From contig NC_043005.1 of NCBI RefSeq assembly GCF_006345805.1, forward strand, positions 49,042,001 to 49,106,000: 64,000 nt of DNA. Reading direction: 5' to 3'. Each line of letters starts with the position of its first letter. Position 1 is the first letter of the stretch. This document shows positions 51,760-64,000 of the stretch, piece after piece. This DNA is from Octopus sinensis. Lineage: Eukaryota. Under the pieces are notes generated by a model. The model was not told the origin of the DNA, ran no database searches, and was given only the letters and a program-made list of their open reading frames with translations. The position numbers and the translations under genes are program-made.

Positions 51760-52125
51760 TATATATATATCTATATATATATTATATATATATATAATAT
51801 TATATATATATATATATACACACGTGTGTGTGTGTGTATGTATACGTATATATATATATATATATATTATTATATATATTATATATATATATATAATATA
51901 CACATATATATGTATATATACATGTGTGTGTGTGTTTGTATCCAGCACCGCTTGACAACTGGTGTCGGTATATTTACGTTCCTGTAACTAAGCGTTTCTG
52001 CCTAAGAGACTGATAGAATAAGTAGCAGGCTTTAAAGAAAAACGATAAAATAATTATTGGGATCGATTTGTTCGACAAAATTCTTCCAGTATGGCCACAG
52101 TCTAATAACTGATACAAATAAAGAT
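51535..52125 (+). mobile_element. SINE family B with an expanded internal (TA)n
   Basis: 5' half 51535-51690 and 3' half 51930-52125. Confidence 0.75.
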
Positions 52126-52212
52126 AAAGATCATTGTCAGAATGATGTGGACACCTTTGATGAGAACCCAAGAAGGTTCGAAAATCGATTAAGGTTGTTC
52201 ATCATTTTGTTG

Positions 52213-52600
52213 GCGCAGGAGTGGCTATGTGGTAAGCAGCTTACTTACCAACTACATGGTTCTGGGTTCAGTCCCACTGCGTGGTACCTTGGGCAAGTGT
52301 CTTCTTCTATAGCCTCGGGCCACCCAAGCCTTGTGAGCGGATTTGGTAAACGGAAACTGAAAGAAGCCGGTCGCATATATGTGTATATATGTGTGTCTGT
52401 GTTTGCCCCCCCAAAAAAAAATCGCTTGACAACCGATGCTGGTGTGTTTATGTCCCCGTAACTTAGCGGTTCGGCAAAAGAAACCGATAGAATAAGTACT
52501 AGGCTTACAAAGAATAAGTCATGGGGTCGATTTGCTCGACTAAAGGCGGTGATCCAGCATGGCCACAGTCAAATGACTGAAACAAGTAAAAGAGTAAAAG
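52213..52600 (+). mobile_element. SINE family B, full length
   Basis: Close to family consensus; (AAGAGTAA) tail. Confidence 0.9.
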
Positions 52601-52644
52601 TGTTTGATGTTCCTCAGTCAACATTAAACAATGTATCCTATTAA

Positions 52645-53071
52645 TGATAAGGTCAAAACACGAATTGTGTATGGGCCAATATGGGCTACGATCGAGGAAC
52701 CCTCACAGTTGGAGGGCCTCAACCACTGAGGCCTTAAAGTTTAGGAAGAAAAAGGAAAAATATACATTTTTTGCTTTTTTTCTTCTTCAATCTTTTCTCT
52801 TTTTTCTTTTTTTTTTGTGTTGTATAGTCATTGAGTTCTTTTAAAATTATTAAACCCCATTTTTGATTGCTAGGCTTCCCTTATAGACTTAGAAAGCCAT
52901 AAAATTTAACTGAGTCCCTCTGAATCTACCGAGGCCCGTTTAAGCGTTGGAGCCTCTTCAAACTATTTGGGGGCTCTATATTTAAAGGGACCTTCTTTAA
53001 TATCTTTTTATGTTTTGAATTAACAAAATCGTATTGATTCAGGGGCCCCATAAGGTCTAAATCTAACCCTG
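52645..53071. mobile_element. Possible hAT-like MITE relic with GGGCCC-rich subrepeats
   Basis: Right end reads CAGGGTTAGATTTAGACC..GGGGCCCC on the minus strand; left TIR and TSD not resolved. Confidence 0.35.
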
Positions 53072-54109
53072 GATTAGATATTATTTGAGGGAGATTTAAC
53101 TGCTATTTGTAGCAAGTGCTATTACCCTTTTTCAGATGCTCCTTTGTCTGACTCAGACTATGGTTAGTTCAACTACCCAAGTGTTGCTAACAAAATTGAT
53201 TGGAAATACATTAGTATCGATGGCAGCATTAACAGTGTGTCTCTACGGACATTTCAGCCATCCTATCCTCTACAACTGATGTCACATGTTTTGCTTTTCA
53301 ATAGCTTGTTTTATCTTTTATAGTACTTTTTTATTTGTTTCAATCATAAGACTGCAGCCATGCTGGAGCATCGCCTAAAAGGTCTTTTAGTCGAAAAAAT
53401 CAACCCCAGTACTTATCTTGTTAAACCATCTACTTTTAAGACAATAGTGTGTGGTTGACTTAAAAATATATTTGGTTGCTGTGAACGACCATACAAAGAT
53501 TCTTTATGTTGCAAAAGTAGAGAACCCCTCACTAGCATCCTAATCTGAAATTGCCCTCTGAATGGGTGGTTGGGGCTGCTTATAGGGCAGCTATGAGACA
53601 TACAGCGAGTCTTGAGCATTTTGAACCAAGCGGATCTTGGATTCTAAACACCACTTATTTCTTCCGGAAAGAGATAGAGAGATTAAGAATAGATCCCAGC
53701 ATTGGACTGATACTTCATTTATCAATACCCGAAAGACTGAACTCGGCAGGATTTGAACTCACAGATCTGTAGCGGCTCTACTTAGCCGCCTAGTAATTTA
53801 ATATAAGTTGTATTCAACACCCCCATACTACGTGAATACATATTTTGTTAGCCTTAGTGCGTGCCTTGTAACATTATTCATAAGCGGAGAATACGTCCGA
53901 ATTGATAATGTAATATTGACCTCAAATTTTGGCACAATACCTGCAATTTCAGGGAAGAGGATAAGTTGATTACATCGACCTCCAGTTGAACACTGGTGGG
54001 GGTGGAGTCGTTGTAATCTTATTTTATCGGCCTCGAAAGGATGAAAGGCAAAGTCAACCCCAGCTGAATTTTAACTCAGAACAAAAAAAAAAAAAAAACA
54101 GACGAAACG

Positions 54110-54478
54110 TCTTTTACTCTTTTACTTGTTTCGGTCATTTGACTGTGACCATGTTGGAGCACCGCATTTAGTCGACCAAATCGACCCCAGGACTTATTCT
54201 TTGTAAGCCTAGTACTTATTCTATCGGTCTCTTTTGCCGAACCGCTAAGTTACGGGGACATAAACACACCAGCATCGGTTGTCAAGCGATTTTGAGGGGA
54301 CAAACACAAACACATACACACACATACATATATATATACATATATACGACGGGCTTCTTTCAGTTTCCGTCTACCAAATCCACTCAAAAGGCTTTGGTCG
54401 GCCCAAGGTGCCACGCAGTGGGACTGAACCCGGAACCATGTAGTTCGTTAGCAACCAACTAACCACACAGCCACTCCT
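54110..54478 (-). mobile_element. SINE family B with an internal deletion
   Basis: Reverse complement of 52213-52600. Confidence 0.88.
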
Positions 54479-54859
54479 ACACCCGTCGTGCTTACGGTTC
54501 TGTCAGCTCGTAATAGTTCCATCTTTATTATAACCAACTAGTATTTATCACTTAACCCTCTCTTCACTCACCCAAATAAAACATCTTGCAGGCATTTATT
54601 GTCATTGTTATATTTGATGTTATTCATGATGAATAGTCAGTGAATTTAAGTTTTATCTTGATTGATAGTCGCTTGCGTCTTTACAAATTAAGGGCAATGA
54701 TTTTGAGCAGCATTTACTGTACATGTGCCTACATTTTTTTTATAATTAAATATTATAAAAGTGCAAAAAGCAACCCTTTCTGCAATGACTAGAATTAACA
54801 AAATTAGCATCAATAGTTATTTCTTGGTTGAAAAGTAGATAGTTTGAGAGTGGTTATAG

Positions 54860-55004
54860 CAGTCATGGACAACCATCGACATGCCGGACTTCTTGAATGG
54901 TGCACCGAACGAAAAATTATCTTGAATTTCTTTAGTAGAGCAGCCCGCCTAATGGTGAGACATGTCTCATGCGGCCCGCTTCTCGAAAAAGGTTGCCATT
55001 CATG
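54860..55004 (-). mobile_element. hAT-type MITE (145 bp) with an 8 bp TSD
   Basis: Ends CAGTCATGGACAACC / GGTTGCCATTCATG; TSD GGTTATAG versus AGTTATAG (7/8 match). Confidence 0.75.
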
Positions 55005-55229
55005 AGTTATAGAAATAAATTGGAGTATGCGAATGTGTTTATAATTGTAAAGATTAAGTTGCAATTTATATTTTTTAAAATACAGTATTGAACGCCACCG
55101 TTTGATACAAGATAAAGAATTCAAACAACTGGAAATAATCCTGTATTTAGAATTGTTGGCATTTAAAAATATTTACGCAAACAGCAATCTATTTTCGAAT
55201 GATATACAAATGAAACTACTTCCGTAACA

Positions 55230-55620
55230 CAAGCAAGTTCTGAAATGTAAGAGCTAAATAGCAGAGAAAGTGAAACCACACATCAAAGTCGAGTTAGTTA
55301 AAGAATGCGTAGCTAATATTGAACGATATTGAATTCCAGAAAAGGTCAGATTGTTTGAGAATATTTGTTTACCCCTGAGGACAATCTCTGATCGAATAAC
55401 AGACATTGTTAATGGTATTTAAGTATCCTTGAAAAAGAAGTAGCAGAGTTTGTGATTTAATCCGTTAGCTGTAGAGAAAACAACAGTTACTGTAAACACA
55501 ACAGAATTGGTTAAATTTGTACGTGTGATAACGGTAAACTTTATGATAAGCGAAAATTTGCTTGCTTTAAAATCGATGCACAGGGTTACTAGAGGTAAAG
55601 TTGTTTTTATTTTTTTGAGT
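55230..55620 (+). pseudogene. hAT (Charlie/SPIN/GTF2IRD2-like) transposase fragment
   Basis: ELVKECV..IPEKVRLFENICLPLRTISDRITDI..SLKKK..LAVEKTT..NTTELVKFVR..ISENLLALKSMHRVTRG, matching the GEFVKEC..LFENISLSRRT..LALDESTD..TAQL motif series. Confidence 0.75.
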
Positions 55621-56257
55621 CCTCATCAAATAAATTTTTGGTGGTAGAAACAAATAAACTGTTCCGAGTTATCCTTTTTAAATTATTATGGCCGGTTTTT
55701 TGTAGGACCTGAAAAGAGAATTGTGTTCGTGCAACCTTAGCGTGCAGTCAACAGGGCTATCCGTAGTCTACACTATGTAATGACCTGGTCTGCGTTTGGA
55801 ATAGGGTTACGTTGTTAGGGTTAGGGTTATGGTTTAGGGTTTGATTAGAATTTAGGAATAGAGTGTAAATGGCTAGGTATGACCGCTCGTTAAAGTGGCA
55901 CCCTTGTGTCTTTAACAATGAAAGAATTGGAGAACCGTCGACTGGAATCTAAAATTTTAACAGTGTGTCATTGTCATACTCAACTTCAAAATGAATGTTC
56001 AATTCCACAAGGAATAAATAATGGGATTAAAGTGTTAACACAACGTAATACTTTCATTAAAGAATAAGTGGTTGACAAACAGAGAAAGCATTAAGAACTT
56101 TTGAAGGACCTCTAAGTGAAATATGAAATATGATATTGTAAGAAGTTTGTGTTGCAAAAATTTGCTTCCTGTCTCTCACTGTATTCCCGGGTCCACAAAA
56201 GCCTTGTAAGTGGATTTGGTAGACGGAAACTGAAAAAAGCCCTTCGTATATATAGTT

Positions 56258-56430
56258 GAAATTTATAGAAAAACAAAAGACGAAGACAGGTGTATGAACA
56301 ATTAAGTGTATTTAGTTTGACGTTCGGGAAAAATGAAAAAGTCTTTTATGTTTCAAGCCTACGCTCGTCAACAGAAAGAAATAAGAGAAAATAAACAGAG
56401 AGAGAATTTACAAAATCTTGTAGATTTCAG
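56258..56430 (-). mobile_element. ~170 bp element with a minimal HHR motif (56342-56379), nested in a family B SINE
   Basis: Minus strand TCTTT-CTGTTGA-C-GAGC-GTAG-GCTT-GAAAC-ATA-AAAGA. SINE B halves lie at about 56135-56250 and 56430-56650. Confidence 0.6.
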
Positions 56431-56764
56431 CGGTCCCACGTGCGCGTGTTTGCATTTGTGTTTGTCACCCGCCACCACTTGACAACCAGTGTTGGTTTGT
56501 TTAAATCCGCGTAACTTAGCAATGTAACAAATGAGTACCAAGCATTAAAAAAGTAAGAAATTGAGTCGATTCGTTCGACTAAAACCCTGCAAGGTGATAC
56601 CCCAGCATGGACTCAATCCAATGACTGAAACAAATAGAAGATGAGATATAAGATATCTCTTGTCACATAAATGATATAAATTTGAAATCAAAAAAGCTTG
56701 CATCAGCTTTTCTACGTCGCTTCTTGCCAATAACAAAAGCTTCGTAATTCAACTGAATAAAATA

Positions 56765-57330
56765 TTGGGCTGCCCGGAAAGTTCATGCCGATTTTTAAAG
56801 GAAAGAAAAAAGGTCAATAAATATTTGCCATTACATTTTTAATCAACCAAATATGAACCATTTTGTTGCACGATGCGTCTCCATCTTTCCTTTAACTTGA
56901 AAAATCCTCTTCTCAGAAATAAGGTGGTTTCATGGCAAAGAATTCATCAAGGTATCTTTTTACATCATCCAAGGAATTGAAATTTTTACCATTAAGACTA
57001 TTCTGCAGAGACCTGAATAAGTGGAAATCCGAAGGAGCAATATCTGGTGAATATGGAGGGTGGGGTAACACATCCCAGCTGAGCTGCAGCAATTTTTGTC
57101 TGGTTCCCAAAGCATCAAGTGCCGAAAATGAACTTTCTTATCTTCCATTTTAAAAGGTTACAGAATTAACACAGGTTATCGGAACATAAACCTTCTTCCA
57201 TGAAAAGATAGCTAAGACTGTGCTCTAAATGGAGGTGTAGTCAAATCCTATTTTATGGACTCAACCATGTTCTAAAATAAGTCGAAAGTTAAGCTACTAT
57301 AAATCGACATGAACTTTCCGGACAGTCCAA
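56765..57330 (-). mobile_element. Internally deleted mariner (566 bp)
   Basis: TA-flanked ~30 bp TIRs TTGG(G/A)CTG(C/T)CCGGAAAGTTCATG(C/T)CGATTT; LPHPPYSPDIAPSDFHLFRSLQNSLNGKNF. Confidence 0.92.
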
Positions 57331-58527
57331 TAAAACACTACTACGTGAAACATTTTACTAATGCTGAAAGAGCATTAACCAGAATGCCAGGGAATATGCT
57401 CCAAAGTTATAGCTTCGATCTTTTAGACTAATTTCGACAGCGGCTTCTAGATTTAAGAATCGAACTGACAAAAAGCGAAATTCGTTCCAATGTAATATCA
57501 GGTAAAACTCCTGGTTTCTGGAGACTCGACTTGAATTCATTTACACAGCCGATAATACTTTGATATCTAGAACACTGGGATCAACGTAATCAACTTATTT
57601 CCCCTCTAAAAATTGGTAGCCTTGTGCCAAAATTTGAATCCGTTATTTCAGATTGCAATCTTAAATGTGTTTTTTTTTTTTTGTTTTTTTTTTTATAGAC
57701 TGCATCAACTATGCTAACACCCACCTTACCACTAAACTTTCATGCAGAAGGCATCTTTGAATATTTTTCCCAATTGTAATTCATTTAACTTTAGCAATAT
57801 TACAAGGATATCATTGTCATCCGGTCGGGCGATTTTCCCGGACCAATAAGTCAAAATGGTTTTTCGATAGTTAATAGTCTCATTTGCACACGCCACGGCT
57901 ACAGATGACATGGGCCATATATCAAGTGAGTTTGCTGATCCTGGCCGTCGACAATTTGTTGTTTGCTCATTCGCTCAGCGTCTAGTGATACACGCCATTG
58001 GCTAAATAAGTTCATCTGCCGAAATGACTCACATCCACTATGCTGCGTCTCATGATTTCGGTGTAACCCTGGCTCGAGTGGTTACTGAGTGCTCGGCCTT
58101 GTCAAGAGGCGACTAGTGATTTAGTCCGTGGCAGTTTATTCCCATATTCACAGCTGACCTCTGTTTACCTGCTAATTAATCCTCAGCTCGGGTCCTTAGA
58201 GGTGCTACTACTCCGGGTCAGAGTAGGTCCAGGAACAGTAGTCGCGTAGAGGTAGTTCCACACTCCTAAAAACTCTGGAACCCCTACTTCATTACTTCAC
58301 TTAGCAGCTTTCAAAATGAATGAATCTCTTTATTAGACAATGCGATTAGCTGGTCATGTTACAATTTATCGAAACCAGTACACCCGAAACATTCAGTTGG
58401 TCGAAGAAATAACTGCCTCTAACAACTACACGCGCTCTATAAAACTCAAGTGATATCCAAAATGAAGTACTGCTTTCACACCTAGGATGGTGTTATTTCT
58501 ATACACGCATAGCCAGTCATCTTATAC

Positions 58528-58674
58528 CAGGTATGGACAACCGTTTTCGAAAAGTGGGCCGCGTGAGGCATGGTTCATCATCAGGAAGGGCCGTACTACT
58601 AAAAAATTCACGGTAAGTTTTTCCTAAGGTGTGCTATTCAGAACGTCCTGCGGGCTGCAGTTTGCCCATGACTG
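58528..58674 (+). mobile_element. Second copy of the hAT-type MITE
   Basis: Aligns along its length with the reverse complement of 54860-55004; TSD decayed. Confidence 0.65.
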
Positions 58675-58929
58675 AACTAGACACTAAAGACTAAGAGGAC
58701 CATCCATGGCAGGATTTGAACTTGAAGTATAAAGGGTTGTAACCAAATGCTACAAGACTTAACTGATTGTGCCAACTCACTGTTCTCATAACAGTGATAA
58801 TTTCTACCTTTGACAAAAAACATGTCTTTTTTTTTTTTGTCATAAAACCACAAATTCAAAAAATTTATAGGCGAAAGATTTAGACAATTAAACTCACATC
58901 AATATTTTGACCTCAGTAACTCGCTTTGC

Positions 58930-59055
58930 AATCACGTGGTTCTGGGTTCAGTCCCATTGCACAGTACCTTGGGTACGTGTCTGCTACTACAGCCTCGGGC
59001 TAACCAAAGACATGTGAGTGGATTTGGTAGACAGAAACTTAAAGAAGTCCGTCGT
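58930..59055 (+). mobile_element. SINE family B, 5' fragment
   Basis: GGGTTCAGTCCCATTGC...GGATTTGGTAGACAGAAACT. Confidence 0.7.
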
Positions 59056-59132
59056 GTAGATAGATAGATAGATAGATACATACATACATACATACATACA
59101 TACATACATACATACATACATACATACATACA

Positions 59133-59163
<31 letters not shown>

Positions 59164-59607
59164 GAAATAAAGAAAGCTTCTATGAAAGCAGAGAATGAAG
59201 TTGAAAAACCTTTATATATTTTGGATGCAAAGGCCCATCTTCAGGAAAGTACAGTCAAAGAAATTTGTGCCCACGTAGACCCTGACATGTGGATTTCTGG
59301 ATATAGTCGTTTAAGTATCCATAAGTCAGAAAAAATATGCACGCGTATATTTGTCAGTAGAGTGACTATGTTAATCAAAGTGTATAGTTTTATCCATCCA
59401 TTACTGCCTGTCCTACCAATCGGTTTCACACTGATTATTAAACCTGGATGTTAGCTAATACCGCGTGCTCAGCCATATTTTCCCCATACCTCTGACGAGC
59501 ACACGGTTTTACATAACGATGCCGATATATAACATCTAGTTTAATTTCGGGTGCGAAACCGATTGGTAAAATATACAATACTGGCAAGATGTATTATATT
59601 TATATAC

Positions 59608-59640
<33 letters not shown>

Positions 59641-60144
59641 TGTATGTATGTATGTATGTGTGTATGTACGTATGTATGTGCATGTGTGAGTTTGTGTGTG
59701 TAATACAGTACGCTTTGGTTAATATATATCTGCGTGTATGCATTTGTGTGTAGGGGTCTGTATGTATGTGCGTGCGCGTGTATGCATGTGTGTGTGTGTG
59801 TGTGCGTCTGTGTTTGTTCCTCACCACCGCTTGACAACCAATGTTAGTTTATTTACATTTACATAATTTATCGGTTCGGCAAAAGACCGATAGAATAAGT
59901 ACCAGACTATAAAAACAATTTAAGTAATGAGGTCGTTTTGTTCGCCTATAGTATAGGCCCTGTATAGTATAGACCTTATAGTATAGAGTATAGGCTCTAT
60001 ACCCTCCAAGGCGTCTTATGAGTGAAACAGATAAAAGACAAAAAAAAAGCATACTCAAACATGCTGCCAATTCTGCGATATACGTACACATATATAAGTA
60101 CACACAGACATACTATATATGTACACACAGACATACATATATAT

Positions 60145-60176
<32 letters not shown>

Positions 60177-60188
60177 ATGTACACACAG

Positions 60189-60244
<56 letters not shown>

Positions 60245-60254
<10 letters not shown>

Positions 60255-61070
60255 GCATCCTTTTTGTCTCGGGAGACAATGGAGTTGCGCATAAAATAGT
60301 CTAGTCCGGCTTTTACATTTCATGTCCTGATACATTTCCTGCTGTGGCTGTGTAGTCCTATCCTGGACAAACACTCCTTCTGGCAGGTACCGCAAATGTA
60401 GCGAAGACTGTTCCTGGCTGGTTGTAATGTCATAGTTTCTTGTTGACGTCTTTTCTTGTCTTTCCATTTCTCCTCTCTCTCTCTCTCTGTCACTCCTTTG
60501 TATTCCCTCTTTTACGGTACGTCACCAATCTCCACGGTTGCTGGCAATTGCTTCCCAACCGCTAATATTGATGTTGCAGGCCTTCATGTCCCTTGTAACG
60601 TAAGAACGGTCTACCCACAGACCTAGTACCCCTAGCAAGCTCTCCGTAGAGTATGTCCTTGGGGATTCTGCTATCTTTCATACGGCTAACATGCCCAAGC
60701 CATCTCATACGTCTTTGTGTGAGGAGTGCAAACATGCTTGGTATTCCTGCTTGCTTGAGGACATCTTTGTTGGGGATATGATTCTGCCATTTGATGCGGA
60801 GGATTTTCCGGAGGCAGCGCAGGCGTGTGTATAGCGTCCAAGTCTCACTTCCATACAGTAGAGTGCTAAGTACACATGCCTGGTAGATCTTCATTTTCGT
60901 GGTCTTGGTCAGCTTATTGTTGTCCCATGCCCGTTTGGAGAGTTAGGCCATCGCAGCAGCTGCCTTGCCAATGCGTATATTGAGCTCAGCGTCAAGGGAT
61001 AGGTTGTAGGTGATGGTAGAGCCAAGATAGGTAAACTTCTCCACCTCCCGTAATCTGTGGTCTCCAATAT
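60245..61070 (-). mobile_element. RTE/BovB-like LINE 3' fragment
   Basis: [22 protein letters not shown]; KMKIYQACVLSTLLYGSETW; QRRMRWLGHVSRM..RIPKDILYGEL; a single finger CGTCQKECLSRIGLHSHSRKC; 3' end CCATTGTCTCCCGAGACAAAAGGATGCC(AAC)n. Confidence 0.92.
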
Positions 61071-61096
61071 GTATATATATATATATAGATATATAT

Positions 61097-61173
<77 letters not shown>

Positions 61174-61516
61174 ATGTATGTATGTATGTATGTATGTATG
61201 TATGTATGTATGTATGTATGTACGTATATACAGAGATATGTACGTGTACAGAGATATATACGTGTACAAATATATATACATATACATATATGAACATGTA
61301 GTTCCCATTCTGAGTTCCCAGATTAGTTGGTTATAAGTAGCTGATTGTGTTACTTTTCCGGGCCGCTATTGTTGAATTGTTTTTGTTTGACTTTTTATGT
61401 GGCTTAACTGTACTTTAAAATTTAATTTTTTTAAGGTAAGACTCCTATTGACAAGCATATTAAAACATTAACTAAGTAGCTTACAATAGATTTCCTGCAG
61501 GCAATCGTTTTATATG

Positions 61517-61587
<71 letters not shown>

Positions 61588-62377
61588 TATTCATATAAAA
61601 TACAGTGTACATTTAAACACATTAAGAAGTTTCCATCATAGAAATCCTTTACGCTAGAAAGAACAGCTAAAGTCCAATCCACTAATTAGGGATAAATTGA
61701 CTAATTTTTCTATGCGCTAGGCGACTGGTAGTAAAAATTTCTAAAATCTTTATTACCCTAATATAATTAATTTTATTTATATATATATATATATACACTC
61801 ACACACACACACACATATAATATACATATATGCATACATACATACAAACACATGCCCATATATGCTTGTATATATACATATATGTAGGTATGTGCATATA
61901 TGTATGTATATATGCATATATTTATATATTATTTTATATTATTATATATATATATCATCAAAGAGGCTCTAATGACGCTGTTGGCCTACATCAGCAAGAC
62001 TTATATTAAAATCCAGGAAAAGAGTACGGTGAAATTCTGTCAGGAGTGGCAAATTTTTAACGTTTCCAACAGTGTCCTTCTTCAAGTAAAAATTGAAAGG
62101 AGAGAAATATATGAGAGCTGATCTTTAAATTCTCTATGTTAAAGGGATGAAAAAATAACCTGGTTCAAACAAATAAGGAATGCAGGACTACGTAAGCTTC
62201 ATTAGTGAACAGGAAGTGGTAGGAGAAACAGTGTGAGAAGGAAGAAGCAAAGAGTAATGGTCGTTCTTTATGTTACTAGTCCTGTTTTCCATTTGCTTCT
62301 CTCGTTGTTTGCTTATTCAACTCTTTTGTTTTCGTACTTCATGTTGCTTACTGTTTGTGACGTCCTGTGCTCATATA

Positions 62378-62464
<87 letters not shown>

Positions 62465-62879
62465 GTAATGTATGTATGTATGTATGTATGTATGTATGTA
62501 TGTATGCATATATTATCTATATTATTATTTGATTGAATACCGCGCATCTATTTCCAAATAAATTTATCTTAATCTTTTTGATGGTACTCTATCCTATACT
62601 GTTCTCTCCCCTGTCGTTTTCTCTCTCATCCTTTCCCTAACTCCTTTTTTCTCCCCTTCACTATTTTCTATCTGTCTCTCTGTCTCCCTCTTTCTCCTTT
62701 ACTCTTTCTCTCTCTCTCTATCTATCTATCCCTCTCTCTCTCGTTGCTCACACGTGACCACCGTCCATCTTTCTTTTCCTTCAGGGCTGTCCTAGAGGGT
62801 GGCCGTATCCTATATATCTCTCTCTTCTATCTTTTCTCTTATCAAAGAAAATATTCCTCCAGCGTTCGTTATTTTACCC

Positions 62880-63197
62880 TTGTTCTGGTCTAACGACCCT
62901 CCATGTTTGTTTTCGTTCGGTTTCCTTGTATGTCTCCAATGTCCTGTTTTTCTTCCCAACTTTGACCCTCCACAAATCCCAAATTTTATTTTGGTATATG
63001 TGGAAGCAACTGCTTTCGAAGACTTATATTGTTGTTCAATACTCGAAATGAGGAGTGTATAGGTAGCCAGCAACTGATGAAGGGTCGTTCTTTATGTTAC
63101 TTGTCCTGTCTTCCATTTGTTTCTTACCTTGTTTGTGTATTCAACTCATTTGTTTTCGAATTTCATGTTGTTTACTGTTTATGACGTCCTGTACCCA
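62880..63197 (-). mobile_element. Family E copy
   Basis: Homologous to 30619-30945 and 63425-63845; a partial direct copy lies at 62258-62372. Confidence 0.7.
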
Positions 63198-63247
63198 TAT
63201 ATGCATACACACACACACACACATACACACACACACACACACCACAC

Positions 63248-63306
<59 letters not shown>

Positions 63307-63424
63307 TATATATATATATATGTATATGTATATATATATATAAAAAATAATAAATAAAACATATGCATATATACATGCATATATGTACGTACCTACATCT
63401 ATATGTATATATACATGAATATAT

Positions 63425-63845
63425 GAGTACAGGACACCAAAAGAACGTCAAACAAAATGAGAAACGAAAACACACAAATAAAACCATGGAAACGGACATT
63501 TTTTTTAAACAACGAAAAAACAGAATACAAGACATGCAACACAAGGAAAATTCCCCTGCTTCGTCTACTCCGTGTTTCGAAGGTAAGGGCGAGACACAAC
63601 TTCATTGAAACAGTCCTTCCCGCAAAGCAAATTAAATAAAATTTGGGATTTTTTGCAAAGGGATAAAAGTGGTAACAAGAACAGAACAGTAAAAGCAAAA
63701 CAAGACAGTAAATATACAACTAAATACAGTAAAAGACAGAACAAGGAGAATAACAGTAACGGTAAGGGCTCTTAAGCCGAAACGAAGGAAAAATCATTTT
63801 GAACACTGTGAGAACAACGGCTTAAGAAAGGGACAGGAAGCCGTA
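63425..63845 (+). mobile_element. Family E copy (longest)
   Basis: Homologous to 30619-30945; TA microsatellites on both sides. Confidence 0.75.
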
Positions 63846-63852
63846 TATATGC

Positions 63853-63933
<81 letters not shown>

Positions 63934-64000
63934 AATGTGTGTGTGTATATATATATATATACATATATACATAGAGTGAGTCGCCATACATAAGAACAAT

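Noticed and set aside
59182-59454. 90 aa ATG-initiated ORF
   Set aside because: No recognisable domain or splice context, and its length is compatible with chance.
62810-63073. 87 aa minus-strand ORF
   Set aside because: Lies largely within repeat family E and is not preserved in the other copies.

Overview
AT-rich, repeat-saturated eukaryotic DNA. The dense (TA)n/(CA)n/(GATA)n/(CATA)n microsatellites and the SINE families I recognise as Octopus OK/OR-like suggest an octopus (coleoid cephalopod) genome; this taxonomy is inference, not a search result. No intact host gene can be read. Most entries in the ORF track are microsatellite artefacts. Identifiable content: (1) a near full-length but frameshifted Penelope-like element (PLE, Neptune type) at 4104-8216 (-) with RT, a C-terminal GIY-YIG endonuclease, direct pseudo-LTRs, a degenerate hammerhead ribozyme (HHR) and an extra upstream ORF; (2) several short non-autonomous elements carrying HHR motifs, one with an inverted duplication; (3) decayed Tc1/mariner-superfamily copies (five mariner, one maT-like), hAT and Helitron relics, and RTE, CR1, L1/Tx1, R4/HERO-like and Naiad-like retroelement fragments; (4) many tRNA-derived SINEs, some in inverted pairs or headless concatemers; (5) a decayed multi-exon gene of unknown family at about 10826-13642 (+); (6) a possible first coding exon of a minus-strand gene at 40750-40835. 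All coordinates were read by eye; diverged element boundaries are approximate. No database searches were run.
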